From Pseudomonas aeruginosa (GTDB lineage: Bacteria; Pseudomonadota; Gammaproteobacteria; Pseudomonadales; Pseudomonadaceae), in contig NZ_LN831024.1 of assembly GCF_001457615.1 (NCBI RefSeq), positions 3,540,001 to 3,572,000 on the forward strand: a DNA stretch of 32,000 nucleotides, read 5' to 3'. A model generated the notes under the pieces. That model was not told the DNA's origin, did no database searches, and worked only from the letters and a program-made list of their open reading frames with translations. Shown in pieces: positions 1-11,574 of the stretch (positions within the stretch are counted from its first letter, which is position 1; every line of letters starts with the position of its first letter). A program made the translations under genes and the position numbers.

Positions 1-605
1 CCGCCTCGCTGGACACCCTCAAGCCGAAGGAAGTCACCGCCTGGCAGCAATACCGGGTGCGTAGCGGCGACAGCCTGCACAGCATCGCCAACCGCTATCG
101 GATCACCGTAGCGGAGCTCAAGAGCGCCAACCGCCTGTCCAGCAACCACCTGCGCAAGGGCCAGCAACTGAGCATCCCCGGGCAGATCGCCGGCGGCGCC
201 GTCAAGCCGGTCTACCAGCAACTCGCCCGACAGGCTTCCACCCCGGCCAGGACCCGCTCCTATAAGGTCAAGAACGGCGACAGCCTGTGGCAGATCGCCC
301 GCAACAACGGCGTCGACGTCAACGACCTGAAGCGCTGGAACGGCCTGGACAAGCACGCCCTGAAGGTCGGCCAGACCCTCAAGCTGCAAGGCGGCACCCA
401 GGCCCTGGCGGCCCGCAAGGGAAACGCCGCCGGCAAGCGCGACAGCGCCACCTACTACAAGGTCAAGCAAGGCGACTCGATGTACCTGATCGCCAAGCGC
501 TTCAATGTCGAAATGAAGCACCTGCAGCGCTGGAACCCGCGCAGCAAGCAGGCGCTCAAGCCCGGCCAGACCCTGACCCTGTACCTGGACACCGCGAGCC
601 GCTGA
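1..605 (+). CDS. mltD: Membrane-bound lytic murein transglycosylase D, C-terminal fragment with three LysM modules; 5' end is outside the window
   Basis: Frame 3 is open from the window edge to TGA 603-605. Three tandem ~43-aa LysM repeats (Y[RK]V[RK]xGDS..IA......L...N......L..GQ.L) begin near nt 51, 261 and 454. Position next to the npp-fabI cluster fits my recollection of PA1812. Confidence 0.85.
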   Translation, partial: ASLDTLKPKEVTAWQQYRVRSGDSLHSIANRYRITVAELKSANRLSSNHLRKGQQLSIPGQIAGGAVKPVYQQLARQASTPARTRSYKVKNGDSLWQIARNNGVDVNDLKRWNGLDKHALKVGQTLKLQGGTQALAARKGNAAGKRDSATYYKVKQGDSMYLIAKRFNVEMKHLQRWNPRSKQALKPGQTLTLYLDTASR

Positions 606-628
606 CAGCCCATTGCAGGCCGTCCCGA

Positions 629-664
629 AACGCCACGCCCGCTCCTGCCGGCGTGGCGTTTTCG
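629..664 (+). terminator. Rho-independent terminator after mltD
   Basis: Stem AACGCCACGCC (629-639) pairs with GGCGTGGCGTT (650-660), followed by TTTTC. Confidence 0.6.
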
Positions 665-795
665 CAAGCGCGGCCAGAACCCCGGACCCTAGGCCGGACA
701 GGCCCGCGCTCCCTCTTTTTTCCTGTGCGGGCAAGGTGTTACTGTTGCCTGACGATTCGTTGTCAAAAATAGCCAAGGACCCGGACACACGCCTG

Positions 796-2625
796 ATGCG
801 TCGCCTCTCCTTCCTGATCCTCGGCCTGGCCGTGAGCCTGCCCAGCTTCGCCGCGATTACCCAGAGCCATGGTTATGCCCAATTCGGCACGCTCAAGTAT
901 CCGGCCAATTTCCAGCACTTCGACTGGACCAATCCCGACGCCCCCAAAGGCGGCACCTTGCGCCTGATGGCCTCGGGCAGCTTCGACACGCTCAACCCCT
1001 ACACCCTGAAAGGCACCAGCCCGATCGGCACCGGCGATTTCCTCCAGTACGGAGTCAACGAGCTGAACGAACCATTGATGGTGGGCACCGGCCTGTACGA
1101 CCCGTCCGGCGACGAACCAGCCTCCAGCTATGGCCTGATCGCGAAGAGCGTGGAATACACGGAAAACCGCAGCTGGGTGGTATTCAACCTGCGGCCGGAA
1201 GCGCGCTTCCACGACGGCAGGCCGATCACCGCCAGCGACGTGGCCTTTTCCTATCGCACCCTGGTCAAGCAGGGGCACCCGATGTACCGCACCTACCTGC
1301 AGGAGGTGAAGCGGGTCGATATCCTCACCCCCCACCGGGTGCGTTTCGTCCTGCGGCGCTCCGGCAACCCGCTGCTGATCCTGCGCCTGGGCGAGCTTCC
1401 GGTGCTGCCGCAGCATTACTGGAAGGATCGCGACTTCCGCGCCACCACCTTCACCGCGCCGCTGGGCAGCGGTCCCTATCGCATCGTCGAGGTCGATCCC
1501 GGGCGCCGCCTGGTGTTCGAACGCGTGAAGGGCTGGTGGGGCGAAAAACTGCCGGTGAACCGCGGCAAATACAATTTCGACCGGGTCGTGGTGGACTTCT
1601 ACCGGGACAACGGCGTCGCCTTCGAAGCCTTCAAGGCCGGCGAGTTCGACTTCTACATCGAGCACCAGGCGAAGAACTGGCTGAACAACTATCGCTTCCC
1701 CGCGGTTCTGCGCGGCGATGTGATCCGCACGGAAATCCCGCACCAGATCCCCAGCCAGACCCAGGCGTTGTTCATGAACACCCGTCGCGCCGTGTTCAAG
1801 GAGCGCGCGATACGCCAGGCGCTGGGCGAGATGTTCGACTTCGAATGGACCAATCGCGCCCTCTTCAGCAATTCCTACCTGCGCTCGCGCAGCTACTACC
1901 CGAACAGCGAATTCGCCGCCAGCGGCGTCCCGGAGGGCCAGGAATGGCTGTACCTGTCGCCGTACCGCAAGCAATTGCCGGCGCAGTTGTTCAAACAGCC
2001 GTTCAGCCTGCCGACCACCGAGGGGCGCGGCATTCCCCGTGAAACCCTCAGGCATGCACTCGGTCTACTGGCCGATGCCGGCTGGAAGCTGTCCGGCGAC
2101 CGACTGCTGAATAAAAAGGGCGAACCGCTGCGCTTCGAAATCCTGCTGGTCAATCCGAGCCTGGAGCGTATTCTCCAGCCCTATCGCGAAAACCTCGCCA
2201 GCATCGGCATCGACGCGCGCCTGCGCACCGTCGACCGCGCCCAATACAAGCAGCGCCTGGACCAGTTCGACTACGACATGATCCTCATGACCCTGCCGCA
2301 GACCCTCAGTCCCGGCCTGGAACAGTGGCAGTACTTCCACTCCAGCCAGGTGAAGGTCAAGGGCAGCAAGAATTACGCGGGCATCGCCAACCCGGTGGTC
2401 GACGCCATGCTCAACCGCCTGCTCGGCGCCCACAGCCGCGACGAACAGGTCGCCGCCGCGCGCGCCCTGGACCGGACCTTGCTCTGGCAGTACTACAGCA
2501 TTCCCAACTGGTACCTCAATTCGCACCGTCTGGCGTACCGCAACCGCTTCGCCTTCGTCGCCACCCCGCCCTACACCCTGGGCCTGCGCGCGTGGTGGCA
2601 GAAAAACCTGGAGACGTCCCGATGA
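796..2625 (+). CDS. nppA1: Periplasmic solute-binding protein (family 5, YejA-like), first of two tandem paralogues of the Npp peptide/peptidyl-nucleoside ABC importer
   Basis: Start chosen at ATG 796, giving MRRLSFLILGLAVSLPSFAA, a typical Sec signal. The track ORF from 613 is an unsupported N-terminal extension. Long SBP_bac_5-like body (PDAPKGGTLRL, GSGPYRI, FKAGEFD). Symbol recalled from work on PA1811-PA1807 and not checked against a database. Confidence 0.85.
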   Translation: MRRLSFLILGLAVSLPSFAAITQSHGYAQFGTLKYPANFQHFDWTNPDAPKGGTLRLMASGSFDTLNPYTLKGTSPIGTGDFLQYGVNELNEPLMVGTGLYDPSGDEPASSYGLIAKSVEYTENRSWVVFNLRPEARFHDGRPITASDVAFSYRTLVKQGHPMYRTYLQEVKRVDILTPHRVRFVLRRSGNPLLILRLGELPVLPQHYWKDRDFRATTFTAPLGSGPYRIVEVDPGRRLVFERVKGWWGEKLPVNRGKYNFDRVVVDFYRDNGVAFEAFKAGEFDFYIEHQAKNWLNNYRFPAVLRGDVIRTEIPHQIPSQTQALFMNTRRAVFKERAIRQALGEMFDFEWTNRALFSNSYLRSRSYYPNSEFAASGVPEGQEWLYLSPYRKQLPAQLFKQPFSLPTTEGRGIPRETLRHALGLLADAGWKLSGDRLLNKKGEPLRFEILLVNPSLERILQPYRENLASIGIDARLRTVDRAQYKQRLDQFDYDMILMTLPQTLSPGLEQWQYFHSSQVKVKGSKNYAGIANPVVDAMLNRLLGAHSRDEQVAAARALDRTLLWQYYSIPNWYLNSHRLAYRNRFAFVATPPYTLGLRAWWQKNLETSR

Positions 2626-4469
2626 TCCGTCCCCGCTTCACCCCTCTGCTGGCAGCCCTGCTGCTCGGCTGCTGCGGCCCGCTCCTCGCCGCCCCGAAAC
2701 ATGCACTGACGCTCTACGATGAGCCTCCGAAGTATCCCGCCGATTTCAAGCATTTCGACTACGTGAATCCGGATGCGCCAAAAGGCGGCATCCTCCGCCA
2801 GGCCGACTTCGGCGGCTTCGACAGCCTCAACCCGTTCATCGGCAAGGGCGTCTCGGCCCCTTCGCTGGGCCTGATCTACGACACCCTGGCCTTCCAGTCG
2901 CAGGACGAGCCGTTCACCGAATACGGCCTGCTCGCGGAGAAGATCGAGAAGGCACCGGACAACAGCTACGTGCGCTTCTACCTGCGCCCCCAGGCCCGTT
3001 TCAGCGATGGCACGCCGGTCACCGCCGAAGACGTGGTGTTCACCTTCGAGACGCTGGTGAGCAAGGGCGACCCGATGTACCGCAACTACTATGCGGACGT
3101 CGACAAGGTGGTCGCCGAGGACAAGCTTCGCGTGCGCTTCGACTTCAAGCACGCCGGCAACCGCGAACTGCCGCTGATCCTCGGGCAGATCGCGATCCTG
3201 CCGAAACACTGGTGGGCCGACCGCGACTTTTCCAAGACCGGCATGGAAATCCCGGTAGGCAGCGGTCCCTACCGCATCGCCAAGGTCGATCCGGGACGCT
3301 CCATCAGCTACGAGCGAGTCAAGGACTGGTGGGCCAAGGACCTTCCGGTCTCCCGCGGACTCTATAACTTCGACACCATCACCATCGACTCCTATCGCGA
3401 CATGTCGGTCGCCCTGGAAGCCTTCAAGGCCGGCCAGTACGACGTCAACCTCGAATATTCGGCGAAGGACTGGGCCACCGGCTACGAGTCGCCGGCATTG
3501 CGCGACGGGCGCTTCATCAAGGCCAGCATCCACAACCACAACCCGGTGGGGATGCAGGGCTTCGCCTTCAATATCCGCCGCCCGGTGTTCCAGGACCGCC
3601 GGGTACGCCAGGCGATCAGCCTGCTGTTCGACTTCGAATGGTCGAACAAGCAGCTGTTCTTCAGCTCCTACAAGCGCACCAACAGCTATTTCGAGAACTC
3701 GGAGATGGCCGCCCACCAGTTGCCCAGCGAAGCCGAGCTGAAGATCCTCGAACCGCTGCGCGGCAAGATTCCCGACGAGGCCTTCGACCAGGTCTTCCAG
3801 AATCCGGTCAATGACGGCAGCGGGGTGATCCGCGAGCAGCGGCGCAAGGCCTACCAGTTGCTCACCGAGGCCGGCTACAGGATCGAGAACAACCGCATGG
3901 TAGGTCCCGACGGCCAGCCACTGAGCTTCGAGTTCATGCTGTTCCAGGCCAACATGGAACGGGTCATCCTGCCGTTCAAGCGCAACCTGGCCGAACTTGG
4001 CATCGACATGCAGATCCGTCGCGTCGACGTCTCGCAGTTCGTCAACCGCCTGCGCTCGCGGGATTTCGACATGACCTCGGCGACCTGGCCGCAATCCAAC
4101 TCGCCAGGCAACGAACAGCGAGAGTTCTGGCATTCCAGCAGCGCCGACAAGGCCGGCAGCCGCAACTTCATCGGCCTCAAGGACCCGGCCATCGACAGCC
4201 TGGTGGAAAGCCTGATCCAGTCCGACTCGCGGCAAAGCCTGATCGACCATACCCGCGCCCTCGACCGCGTACTGTCGTGGGGCTACTACGTGGTTCCCAA
4301 CTACTACGTCGATACCTGGCGGGTCGCCTACTGGAACCGTTTCGGCCGGCCGAAGGTGACGCCACTCTACGACTGGGGCCTGATGACCTGGTGGCAGACC
4401 AGCGACAAGGCGCTGCCGAGCAAGGCGCAAGCCGAAGCCACGCAAGACGCCGAGCCGGAACGGGAGTAA
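2622..4469 (+). CDS. nppA2: Periplasmic solute-binding protein (family 5, YejA-like), second tandem paralogue
   Basis: ATG 2622 overlaps the nppA1 stop (ATGA, 2622-2625). N-terminus MIRPRFTPLLAALLLGCCGPLLAAP is signal-peptide-like. Colinear similarity to nppA1 is visible by eye (HFDYVNPDAPKGGILR, GSGPYRIAKVDPGR, YNFDTITIDSYRD, FKAGQYD, FDFEWSN). Confidence 0.85.
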   Translation: MIRPRFTPLLAALLLGCCGPLLAAPKHALTLYDEPPKYPADFKHFDYVNPDAPKGGILRQADFGGFDSLNPFIGKGVSAPSLGLIYDTLAFQSQDEPFTEYGLLAEKIEKAPDNSYVRFYLRPQARFSDGTPVTAEDVVFTFETLVSKGDPMYRNYYADVDKVVAEDKLRVRFDFKHAGNRELPLILGQIAILPKHWWADRDFSKTGMEIPVGSGPYRIAKVDPGRSISYERVKDWWAKDLPVSRGLYNFDTITIDSYRDMSVALEAFKAGQYDVNLEYSAKDWATGYESPALRDGRFIKASIHNHNPVGMQGFAFNIRRPVFQDRRVRQAISLLFDFEWSNKQLFFSSYKRTNSYFENSEMAAHQLPSEAELKILEPLRGKIPDEAFDQVFQNPVNDGSGVIREQRRKAYQLLTEAGYRIENNRMVGPDGQPLSFEFMLFQANMERVILPFKRNLAELGIDMQIRRVDVSQFVNRLRSRDFDMTSATWPQSNSPGNEQREFWHSSSADKAGSRNFIGLKDPAIDSLVESLIQSDSRQSLIDHTRALDRVLSWGYYVVPNYYVDTWRVAYWNRFGRPKVTPLYDWGLMTWWQTSDKALPSKAQAEATQDAEPERE

Positions 4470-4475
4470 CGCCGC

Positions 4476-5558
4476 ATGCTCTCCTATATCCTGCGGCGCC
4501 TGCTGCTGATCGTCCCTACCCTGTTCGGCATCCTGCTGATCAACTTCATCATCATCCAGGCCGCTCCCGGCGGTCCGGTGGAGCAGATGATCGCCAAGCT
4601 GGAAGGCTTCGACGCCGCTTCCGGCGGCGCCACCGGGCGCATCTCCGGCGGCGGCGGCGAAGTCGCCGTGGCCGGCTCGCAATACCGCGGTGCGCAAGGC
4701 CTGGACCCGGAGCTGGTGAAAGAGATCGAGCGCATGTACGGCTTCGACAAGTCGGCCCCCGAGCGCTTCATGATCATGCTGAAGAACTACCTGCACCTGG
4801 ACTTCGGGCAGAGCTTCTTCCGCGACGCCAAGGTCACCGACCTGATCATCGAGAAATTGCCGGTGTCGATCTCGCTCGGGCTCTGGAGCACGCTGATCAT
4901 GTACCTGGTGTCGATCCCGCTGGGGATCGCCAAGGCGGTCCGCCATGGTAGCGTCTTCGACATCTGGACCAGCTCGGCGATCATCGTCGGCTACGCCATT
5001 CCCGCCTTCCTCTTCGCCATCCTGCTGGTGGTGCTGTTCGCCGGCGGCAGCTACTGGGACTGGTTCCCCCTGCGCGGCCTGACCTCGAACAACTTCGACC
5101 AGCTCAGCCTCGGCGGCAAGGTGCTCGACTATTTCTGGCACCTGGCCTTGCCGGTAACCGCCCTGGTGATCGGCAACTTCGCCACCATCACGCTGCTGAC
5201 CAAGAACAGCTTCCTCGACGAGATCGGCAAGCAATACGTGGTCACCGCCCGCGCCAAGGGCCTGACCGAACGCCGCGTGCTCTACGGGCACGTATTCCGC
5301 AACGCCATGCTGCTGGTGATTGCCGGCCTGCCGGCTGCGCTGCTGGGGATCTTCTTCACCGGTTCGCTGTTGATCGAGGTGATCTTCTCCCTCGACGGCC
5401 TCGGCCTGCTCAGCTTCGAAGCGGCGATGAACCGCGACTACCCGGTGGTCTTCGGCACGCTGTTCATCTTCACCCTGTTCGGGCTGGTCATGAAGCTGAT
5501 CAGCGATATCGTCTACACCCTGGTCGATCCGCGCATCGACTTCGAGAACCGGGAGTAA
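4476..5558 (+). CDS. nppB: ABC transporter permease (YejB-like)
   Basis: 360-aa polytopic membrane protein with a binding-protein-dependent permease loop ([20 protein letters not shown]). Starts 7 nt after the nppA2 stop. Confidence 0.88.
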   Translation: MLSYILRRLLLIVPTLFGILLINFIIIQAAPGGPVEQMIAKLEGFDAASGGATGRISGGGGEVAVAGSQYRGAQGLDPELVKEIERMYGFDKSAPERFMIMLKNYLHLDFGQSFFRDAKVTDLIIEKLPVSISLGLWSTLIMYLVSIPLGIAKAVRHGSVFDIWTSSAIIVGYAIPAFLFAILLVVLFAGGSYWDWFPLRGLTSNNFDQLSLGGKVLDYFWHLALPVTALVIGNFATITLLTKNSFLDEIGKQYVVTARAKGLTERRVLYGHVFRNAMLLVIAGLPAALLGIFFTGSLLIEVIFSLDGLGLLSFEAAMNRDYPVVFGTLFIFTLFGLVMKLISDIVYTLVDPRIDFENRE

Positions 5559-5562
5559 TCCG

Positions 5563-6582
5563 ATGCGCCTGTCTCCCATCAACCAGCGCCGCTGGGCCCG
5601 CTTCAAGAGCAACAAGCGTGGCTGGTGGTCGCTCTGGCTGTTCCTCATCCTGTTCGTCGGCAGCCTCGGCGCCGAACTGATCGCCAACGACAAACCGCTG
5701 GTCGTGCATTACGACGGCGGCTGGTATTTCCCGGTCTTCAAACGCTACCCGGAAACCACCTTCGGCGGCGAATTCCCCCTGGAAGCCAACTACAAGAGCC
5801 CCTACATCAGCCAACTGATCGCCGAGAAGGACGGCTGGGTGCTTTGGCCGCCGATCCCCTACAGCTACGACACCATCAACTACGAGCTGAAGGTTCCCGC
5901 CCCCGCCCCGCCGTCGGCGGAAAACTGGCTGGGCACCGACGACCAGGCCCGCGACGTGCTCGCCCGGGTGATCTACGGCTTCCGCGTGTCGATACTCTTC
6001 GCCCTGACCCTGACCGTGCTCAGTTCTCTGATCGGCGTCACCGTCGGCGCCCTGCAAGGCTACTACGGCGGCTGGGTCGACCTGCTCGGCCAGCGTTTCC
6101 TGGAAGTCTGGTCGGGGCTGCCGGTGCTCTACCTGCTGATCATCCTGGCCAGCTTCGTCCAGCCGAACTTCTGGTGGCTGCTGGGCATCATGCTGCTGTT
6201 TTCCTGGATGAGCCTGGTGGACGTGGTCCGCGCCGAGTTCCTCCGCGGGCGCAACCTGGAATACGTCCGCGCCGCCCGGGCCCTCGGCATGCGCAACAGC
6301 GCCATCATGTTCCGTCACATCCTGCCGAACGCGATGATCTCGACCCTGACCTTCATGCCGTTCATCCTCACCGGCGCCATCGGCACCCTCACCTCCCTGG
6401 ACTTCCTCGGCTTCGGCCTGCCGCCTGGCGCGCCGTCGCTGGGCGAGTTGGTCGCCCAGGGCAAGTCCAACCTCCAGGCACCCTGGCTGGGCATTTCCGC
6501 CTTCGTGGTGCTGGCGGTCATGCTGAGCCTGCTGGTGTTCATCGGCGAAGCCGCCCGCGACGCTTTCGACCCGAGGAAATGA
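5563..6582 (+). CDS. nppC: ABC transporter permease (YejE-like)
   Basis: 339-aa membrane protein with permease loop ARALGMRNSAIMFRHILPNA. Tightly spaced after nppB. Confidence 0.88.
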   Translation: MRLSPINQRRWARFKSNKRGWWSLWLFLILFVGSLGAELIANDKPLVVHYDGGWYFPVFKRYPETTFGGEFPLEANYKSPYISQLIAEKDGWVLWPPIPYSYDTINYELKVPAPAPPSAENWLGTDDQARDVLARVIYGFRVSILFALTLTVLSSLIGVTVGALQGYYGGWVDLLGQRFLEVWSGLPVLYLLIILASFVQPNFWWLLGIMLLFSWMSLVDVVRAEFLRGRNLEYVRAARALGMRNSAIMFRHILPNAMISTLTFMPFILTGAIGTLTSLDFLGFGLPPGAPSLGELVAQGKSNLQAPWLGISAFVVLAVMLSLLVFIGEAARDAFDPRK

Positions 6583-6583
6583 G

Positions 6584-8194
<1,611 letters not shown>

Positions 8195-8215
8195 GTAGCA
8201 GACAAGGAACGGACC

Positions 8216-9013
8216 ATGGGATTTCTCACAGGAAAACGCGCCCTGATCGTCGGAGTCGCCAGCAAGCTCTCCATCGCTTCCGGCATCGCCGCCGCCATGC
8301 ACCGGGAAGGCGCCGAACTGGCCTTCACCTACCAGAACGACAAGCTCAGGGGCCGGGTGGAGGAGTTCGCCAGTGGCTGGGGCTCGCGGCCGGAGCTGTG
8401 CTTCCCCTGTGACGTGGCCGACGACAGCCAGATCGAAGCGGTGTTCGCCGCCCTGGGCAAGCACTGGGACGGCCTGGACATCATCGTCCACTCCGTCGGA
8501 TTCGCTCCAGGCGATCAGCTCGACGGCGACTTCACCGCGGTGACCACCCGCGAGGGCTTCCGCATCGCCCACGACATCAGCGCCTACAGCTTCATCGCCC
8601 TGGCCAAGGCCGGACGGGAAATGATGAAGGGCCGCAACGGCAGCCTGCTGACCCTCTCCTACCTGGGCGCCGAACGGACCATGCCGAACTACAACGTAAT
8701 GGGCATGGCCAAGGCCAGCCTGGAGGCCGGGGTCCGCTACCTGGCCGGCAGCCTGGGCGCGGAAGGCACCCGGGTCAATGCGGTTTCCGCAGGGCCGATC
8801 CGAACGCTCGCCGCCTCCGGGATCAAGAGTTTCCGCAAGATGCTGGCCGCCAACGAGCGGCAGACGCCGCTGCGGCGCAACGTCACCATCGAGGAAGTCG
8901 GCAATGCCGGCGCCTTCCTCTGTTCGGACCTGGCCAGCGGTATCAGTGGCGAGATCCTCTACGTCGATGGCGGCTTCAACACTACCGCCATGGGCCCGCT
9001 GGACGACGACTGA
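8216..9013 (+). CDS. fabI: Enoyl-[acyl-carrier-protein] reductase (NADH) FabI
   Basis: 265 aa, [25 protein letters not shown]... SDR fold with the FabI-typical N-terminus and the Y-x6-K region ([14 protein letters not shown]). AAGGAA Shine-Dalgarno upstream. Only 21 nt after nppD, consistent with co-transcription. Confidence 0.95.
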
Positions 9014-9021
9014 TCACCCCG

Positions 9022-9062
9022 CCCATGAAAAATGGCCGCTTCGAGCGGCCATTTTTCATGGG
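9022..9062. terminator. Bidirectional rho-independent terminator formed by a 41-nt perfect palindrome between convergent fabI and ppiD
   Basis: CCCATGAAAAATGGCCGC-TTCGA-GCGGCCATTTTTCATGGG. About 18 uninterrupted base pairs, with an A-tract on one arm and a T-tract on the other. Confidence 0.75.
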
Positions 9063-9070
9063 AGGAATAA

Positions 9071-9098
9071 AGAAAAGGCCGCGTAAGCGGCCTTTTCT
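9071..9098. terminator. Second bidirectional terminator hairpin, adjacent to the ppiD stop
   Basis: AGAAAAGGCCGC-GTAA-GCGGCCTTTTCT: 12-bp stem, GTAA loop, A/T tracts on both sides. Confidence 0.75.
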
Positions 9099-9111
9099 CT
9101 GCATCTCGGTC

Positions 9112-10977
9112 TCAGTATTTCTCGACTTCCGCCTTGTCCTGCAACTGACGGCGGAAGGCGGCGAAGTCTGCCTGTCCGCTGCGCGAAGCCAGGAAGCGGC
9201 GGTACATGGCCTTCTCGTCGTCGGAGATAGCCTCCTCCGGCTCGCTGACGCCATTCAGGCGGATCACCACGTAATCGCCATTGGCCAGGGTCACGCCAGA
9301 GAACGAAGGCTTGTCCTTGGCCTCCGGACGCTGCATGCGGAACACCGCCTGGAGCAGTTTCGGATCGACGCCTTCGTGGCCGCGGGAGGCCGCCTCGACC
9401 ACTTTCCACGACTCACCCGCTGCGGAAGAGGTACGGCCTTCACGCAGCTCTGCGATCAGGGCCTCGCCACGCTTCTGCGCCTCCTCGGCGGCCTTTTCGG
9501 CGGCCAGGCGCTCGCGGATGTTCGCCGCGACCTGCTCCAGCGGTTGCTCCTTCGGCTTGTTGTGTTCCTTGACCCGCAGCACCACCACGGTGTCCGGATC
9601 CAGCTCGATGGCGCCACTGTTGGCGGCTTCTTCCAGCACCTCGGCGCTGAACGCGGTCTGCACGATCTGGCGGTTGGCAGCGATGCCGTCGCCCCCCGAA
9701 CGTCCGAACGGCTGGCTGGTCTGGACCTTCAGGCCCATTTCCTGCGCCGGCTGGCTCAGGTCGGCGGCTTCGTAGGCGGAGCTTTCCAGGTCCTTGGTAG
9801 CCTCGACGAAGCGCTGCTCGACCATCTGTTTCTTCAGTTCGTCCTCGAGCTTCGGCTTGAGGCTTTCCAGGCTCGGTACTTCCGGCGCCTGCACGCCCAG
9901 CAGCTTGATCAGGTGGTAGCCGTACGGAGTCTTCACCGGGGCGGATACCTCACCTTGCTTCAGCGCATACAGCGCCTCCTCGAACGCGGGGTCGTACACG
10001 CCGCGACCGGCGTAGCCCAGGTCGCCGCCGGTGGCGGCCGAGCCGATATCCTGGGAGAACTCCTTGGCCAGCGCGGCGAAATCCTCGCCCTTGGCCAGGC
10101 GAGCCTTGATCTCGTCGATCTTCGCCTTGGCCTGCTCGTCGCCGACCTTGTCGTTCACCTCGATCAGGATGTGGGCGGCATCGCGCTGCTCGGAAAGGTT
10201 GGCGATTTCCTTCTGGTACAGCGCCTCGAGGTCTTCCTGCTTCACCTTGACCTGGTCGAAGAAGGAGGACTTCTTCAGCTCCACGTATTCGACGACCACC
10301 TGCTCGGGAGTCATGAACTCGCTCTTGTGGCCTTCGTAGAAGGCCTTCACCTCGTCGTCGCTCACGCTGCTCTTGGAGGCGTCGGCCTTGATCGCCAGGG
10401 TGGCGAAGTCGCGGGTCTGCTTCTCGAGGCGAGCGAAGGACTGCAATTCGTTGTCGGTGACGAAACCGGTGCCCGCCAGGCCGGCGCGAAGCTGGCCGAT
10501 GAGCATTTCCTGGCCGAGCATCTGGCGGAACTGCATGCGGCTGTAGTTCATCTGGCGGATGACCTGGTCGAAGCGATCCGCGTTGAACTTGCCGTCGACC
10601 TGGAACTCGGGAGTTTGCAGGATCAACTGGTCCAGCGCCTGGTCGGAGAAGGCGAACTTGTCGTCCTTGGCGGCCTGGAGCAGCAGGGTACGCTCGATCA
10701 GCCCCTTCAGGGCCGCTTCCTTGAGCAGCTTGTCATCCAGCATGGATGGATCGAAATCCTTGCCCAGGCGTTGCAGCAGCTGGCGACGCTGCATGTCCAC
10801 GGCCTGTTGGACTTCATTGAGACTGATATCGTCGCCGTTGACCTTGGCGGCCACGTTGGAGTGGTCGGTGGCCCGGATGATCGCGTCGAAGCCGGTCAGC
10901 GACAGGAGAACGATGATCACGCCAATGATGGTCTTGGCGATCCAGCCCTGGGAATTATCCCTGATGTTCTGCAGCAT
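9112..10977 (-). CDS. ppiD: Periplasmic chaperone / peptidyl-prolyl isomerase PpiD
   Basis: Start taken at ATG 10977 (MLQNIRDNSQGWIAKTIIGVIIVLLSL, N-terminal membrane anchor), giving 621 aa. Parvulin-like region (AAHILI...YGYHLIKL). Follows hupB as in E. coli. Confidence 0.9.
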   Translation of the reverse strand: MLQNIRDNSQGWIAKTIIGVIIVLLSLTGFDAIIRATDHSNVAAKVNGDDISLNEVQQAVDMQRRQLLQRLGKDFDPSMLDDKLLKEAALKGLIERTLLLQAAKDDKFAFSDQALDQLILQTPEFQVDGKFNADRFDQVIRQMNYSRMQFRQMLGQEMLIGQLRAGLAGTGFVTDNELQSFARLEKQTRDFATLAIKADASKSSVSDDEVKAFYEGHKSEFMTPEQVVVEYVELKKSSFFDQVKVKQEDLEALYQKEIANLSEQRDAAHILIEVNDKVGDEQAKAKIDEIKARLAKGEDFAALAKEFSQDIGSAATGGDLGYAGRGVYDPAFEEALYALKQGEVSAPVKTPYGYHLIKLLGVQAPEVPSLESLKPKLEDELKKQMVEQRFVEATKDLESSAYEAADLSQPAQEMGLKVQTSQPFGRSGGDGIAANRQIVQTAFSAEVLEEAANSGAIELDPDTVVVLRVKEHNKPKEQPLEQVAANIRERLAAEKAAEEAQKRGEALIAELREGRTSSAAGESWKVVEAASRGHEGVDPKLLQAVFRMQRPEAKDKPSFSGVTLANGDYVVIRLNGVSEPEEAISDDEKAMYRRFLASRSGQADFAAFRRQLQDKAEVEKY

Positions 10978-11042
10978 GCAGCCCCCAAAAACTGCCACGA
11001 CCAGCCGTCTTGGGCGGCGCGGCGTGGGTAAGAGATGCGGAT

Positions 11043-11072
11043 ATAAGAAAGGCGCATCCGAGGATGCGCCTT
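11043..11072 (-). terminator. Terminator hairpin downstream of tRNA-Asp
   Basis: Minus-strand RNA reads GAAGGCGCAUCC-UC-GGAUGCGCCUU followed by UCUUAUAU. Confidence 0.6.
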
Positions 11073-11080
11073 CTCGTAAC

Positions 11081-11157
11081 TGGCGGAGCGGACGGGACTC
11101 GAACCCGCGACCCCCGGCGTGACAGGCCGGTATTCTAACCGACTGAACTACCGCTCC
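11081..11157 (-). tRNA. tRNA-Asp (anticodon GTC)
   Basis: Reverse complement GGAGCGGTAGTTCAGTCGGTTAGAATACCGGCCTGTCACGCCGGGGGTCGCGGGTTCGAGTCCCGTCCGCTCCGCCA. It folds as a cloverleaf with anticodon loop CTGTCAC and an encoded CCA. Near-identical to E. coli tRNA-Asp as I remember it. Confidence 0.95.
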
Positions 11158-11208
11158 GCAGCCAGGCCAGCCTTGGCCGACCTGGGTAGAACGAGTCCCA
11201 AAAGACGC

Positions 11209-11481
11209 TTAGTTGACAGCATCCTTCAGGGCTTTACCGGCTTTGAAGCCCGGGATCTTGGCAGCGGCGATCTTGATCGGCTTGCCAGTTTGCGGGTTGC
11301 GACCGGTGCGAGCAGCGCGCTCTTTGACAGCGAAGGTGCCGAAACCAACCAGCACGACGGAGTCACCAGCCTTCAGGGCGCCAGTGACGGACTCGATCAC
11401 TGCGTCCAGTGCGCGACCGGCAACAGCTTTCGGGATATCAGCAGATGCGGCAATTGCATCGATCAGTTCCGACTTGTTCAC
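11209..11481 (-). CDS. hupB: DNA-binding protein HU-beta
   Basis: 90 aa, [11 protein letters not shown]...[45 protein letters not shown]. The start codon is GTG (plus strand CAC at 11479-11481), preceded by AAGGGGA. Confidence 0.95.
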   Translation of the reverse strand: MNKSELIDAIAASADIPKAVAGRALDAVIESVTGALKAGDSVVLVGFGTFAVKERAARTGRNPQTGKPIKIAAAKIPGFKAGKALKDAVN

Positions 11482-11574
11482 TCTAAGTCCCCTTATTTCT
11501 GTTGAGTATGTTTCTATGTGTTAGGTGTAAGGAAATTCTGCGCTGGTAGGCCAACTGACTCAGCAAGTGCCGCT

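Noticed and set aside
613-795. Upstream in-frame extensions offered by the ORF track: nppA1 613-795, ppiD 10978-10998, lon 14014-14043, clpX 15426-15455, glnS 27174-27218, miaE 30646-30657
   Set aside because: The extensions lack homology-consistent sequence, often begin at GTG/TTG, and would bury signal peptides or conserved N-termini. The internal ATG starts give the N-termini expected for these families.
2571-5693. 1040-aa ORF antisense to nppA2, nppB and the start of nppC
   Set aside because: It lies in the codon-aligned antisense frame of genes with very high third-position G/C. There the stop codons would require the rare sense codons TTA, CTA and TCA, so long open shadow frames are expected. 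The translation is low-complexity (rich in R/A/G/D/V/H/Q), has no recognisable motif and runs straight across gene boundaries. Only ribosome profiling could revive it.
9025-11031. 668-aa ORF antisense to ppiD; the same applies to other long antisense ORFs (763-2055, 12349-13980, 16238-17800, 28612-29997)
   Set aside because: Each mirrors a confidently identified gene on the other strand, has a shadow-frame composition and lacks ribosome-binding sites. The 9025 start lies inside the terminator palindrome.
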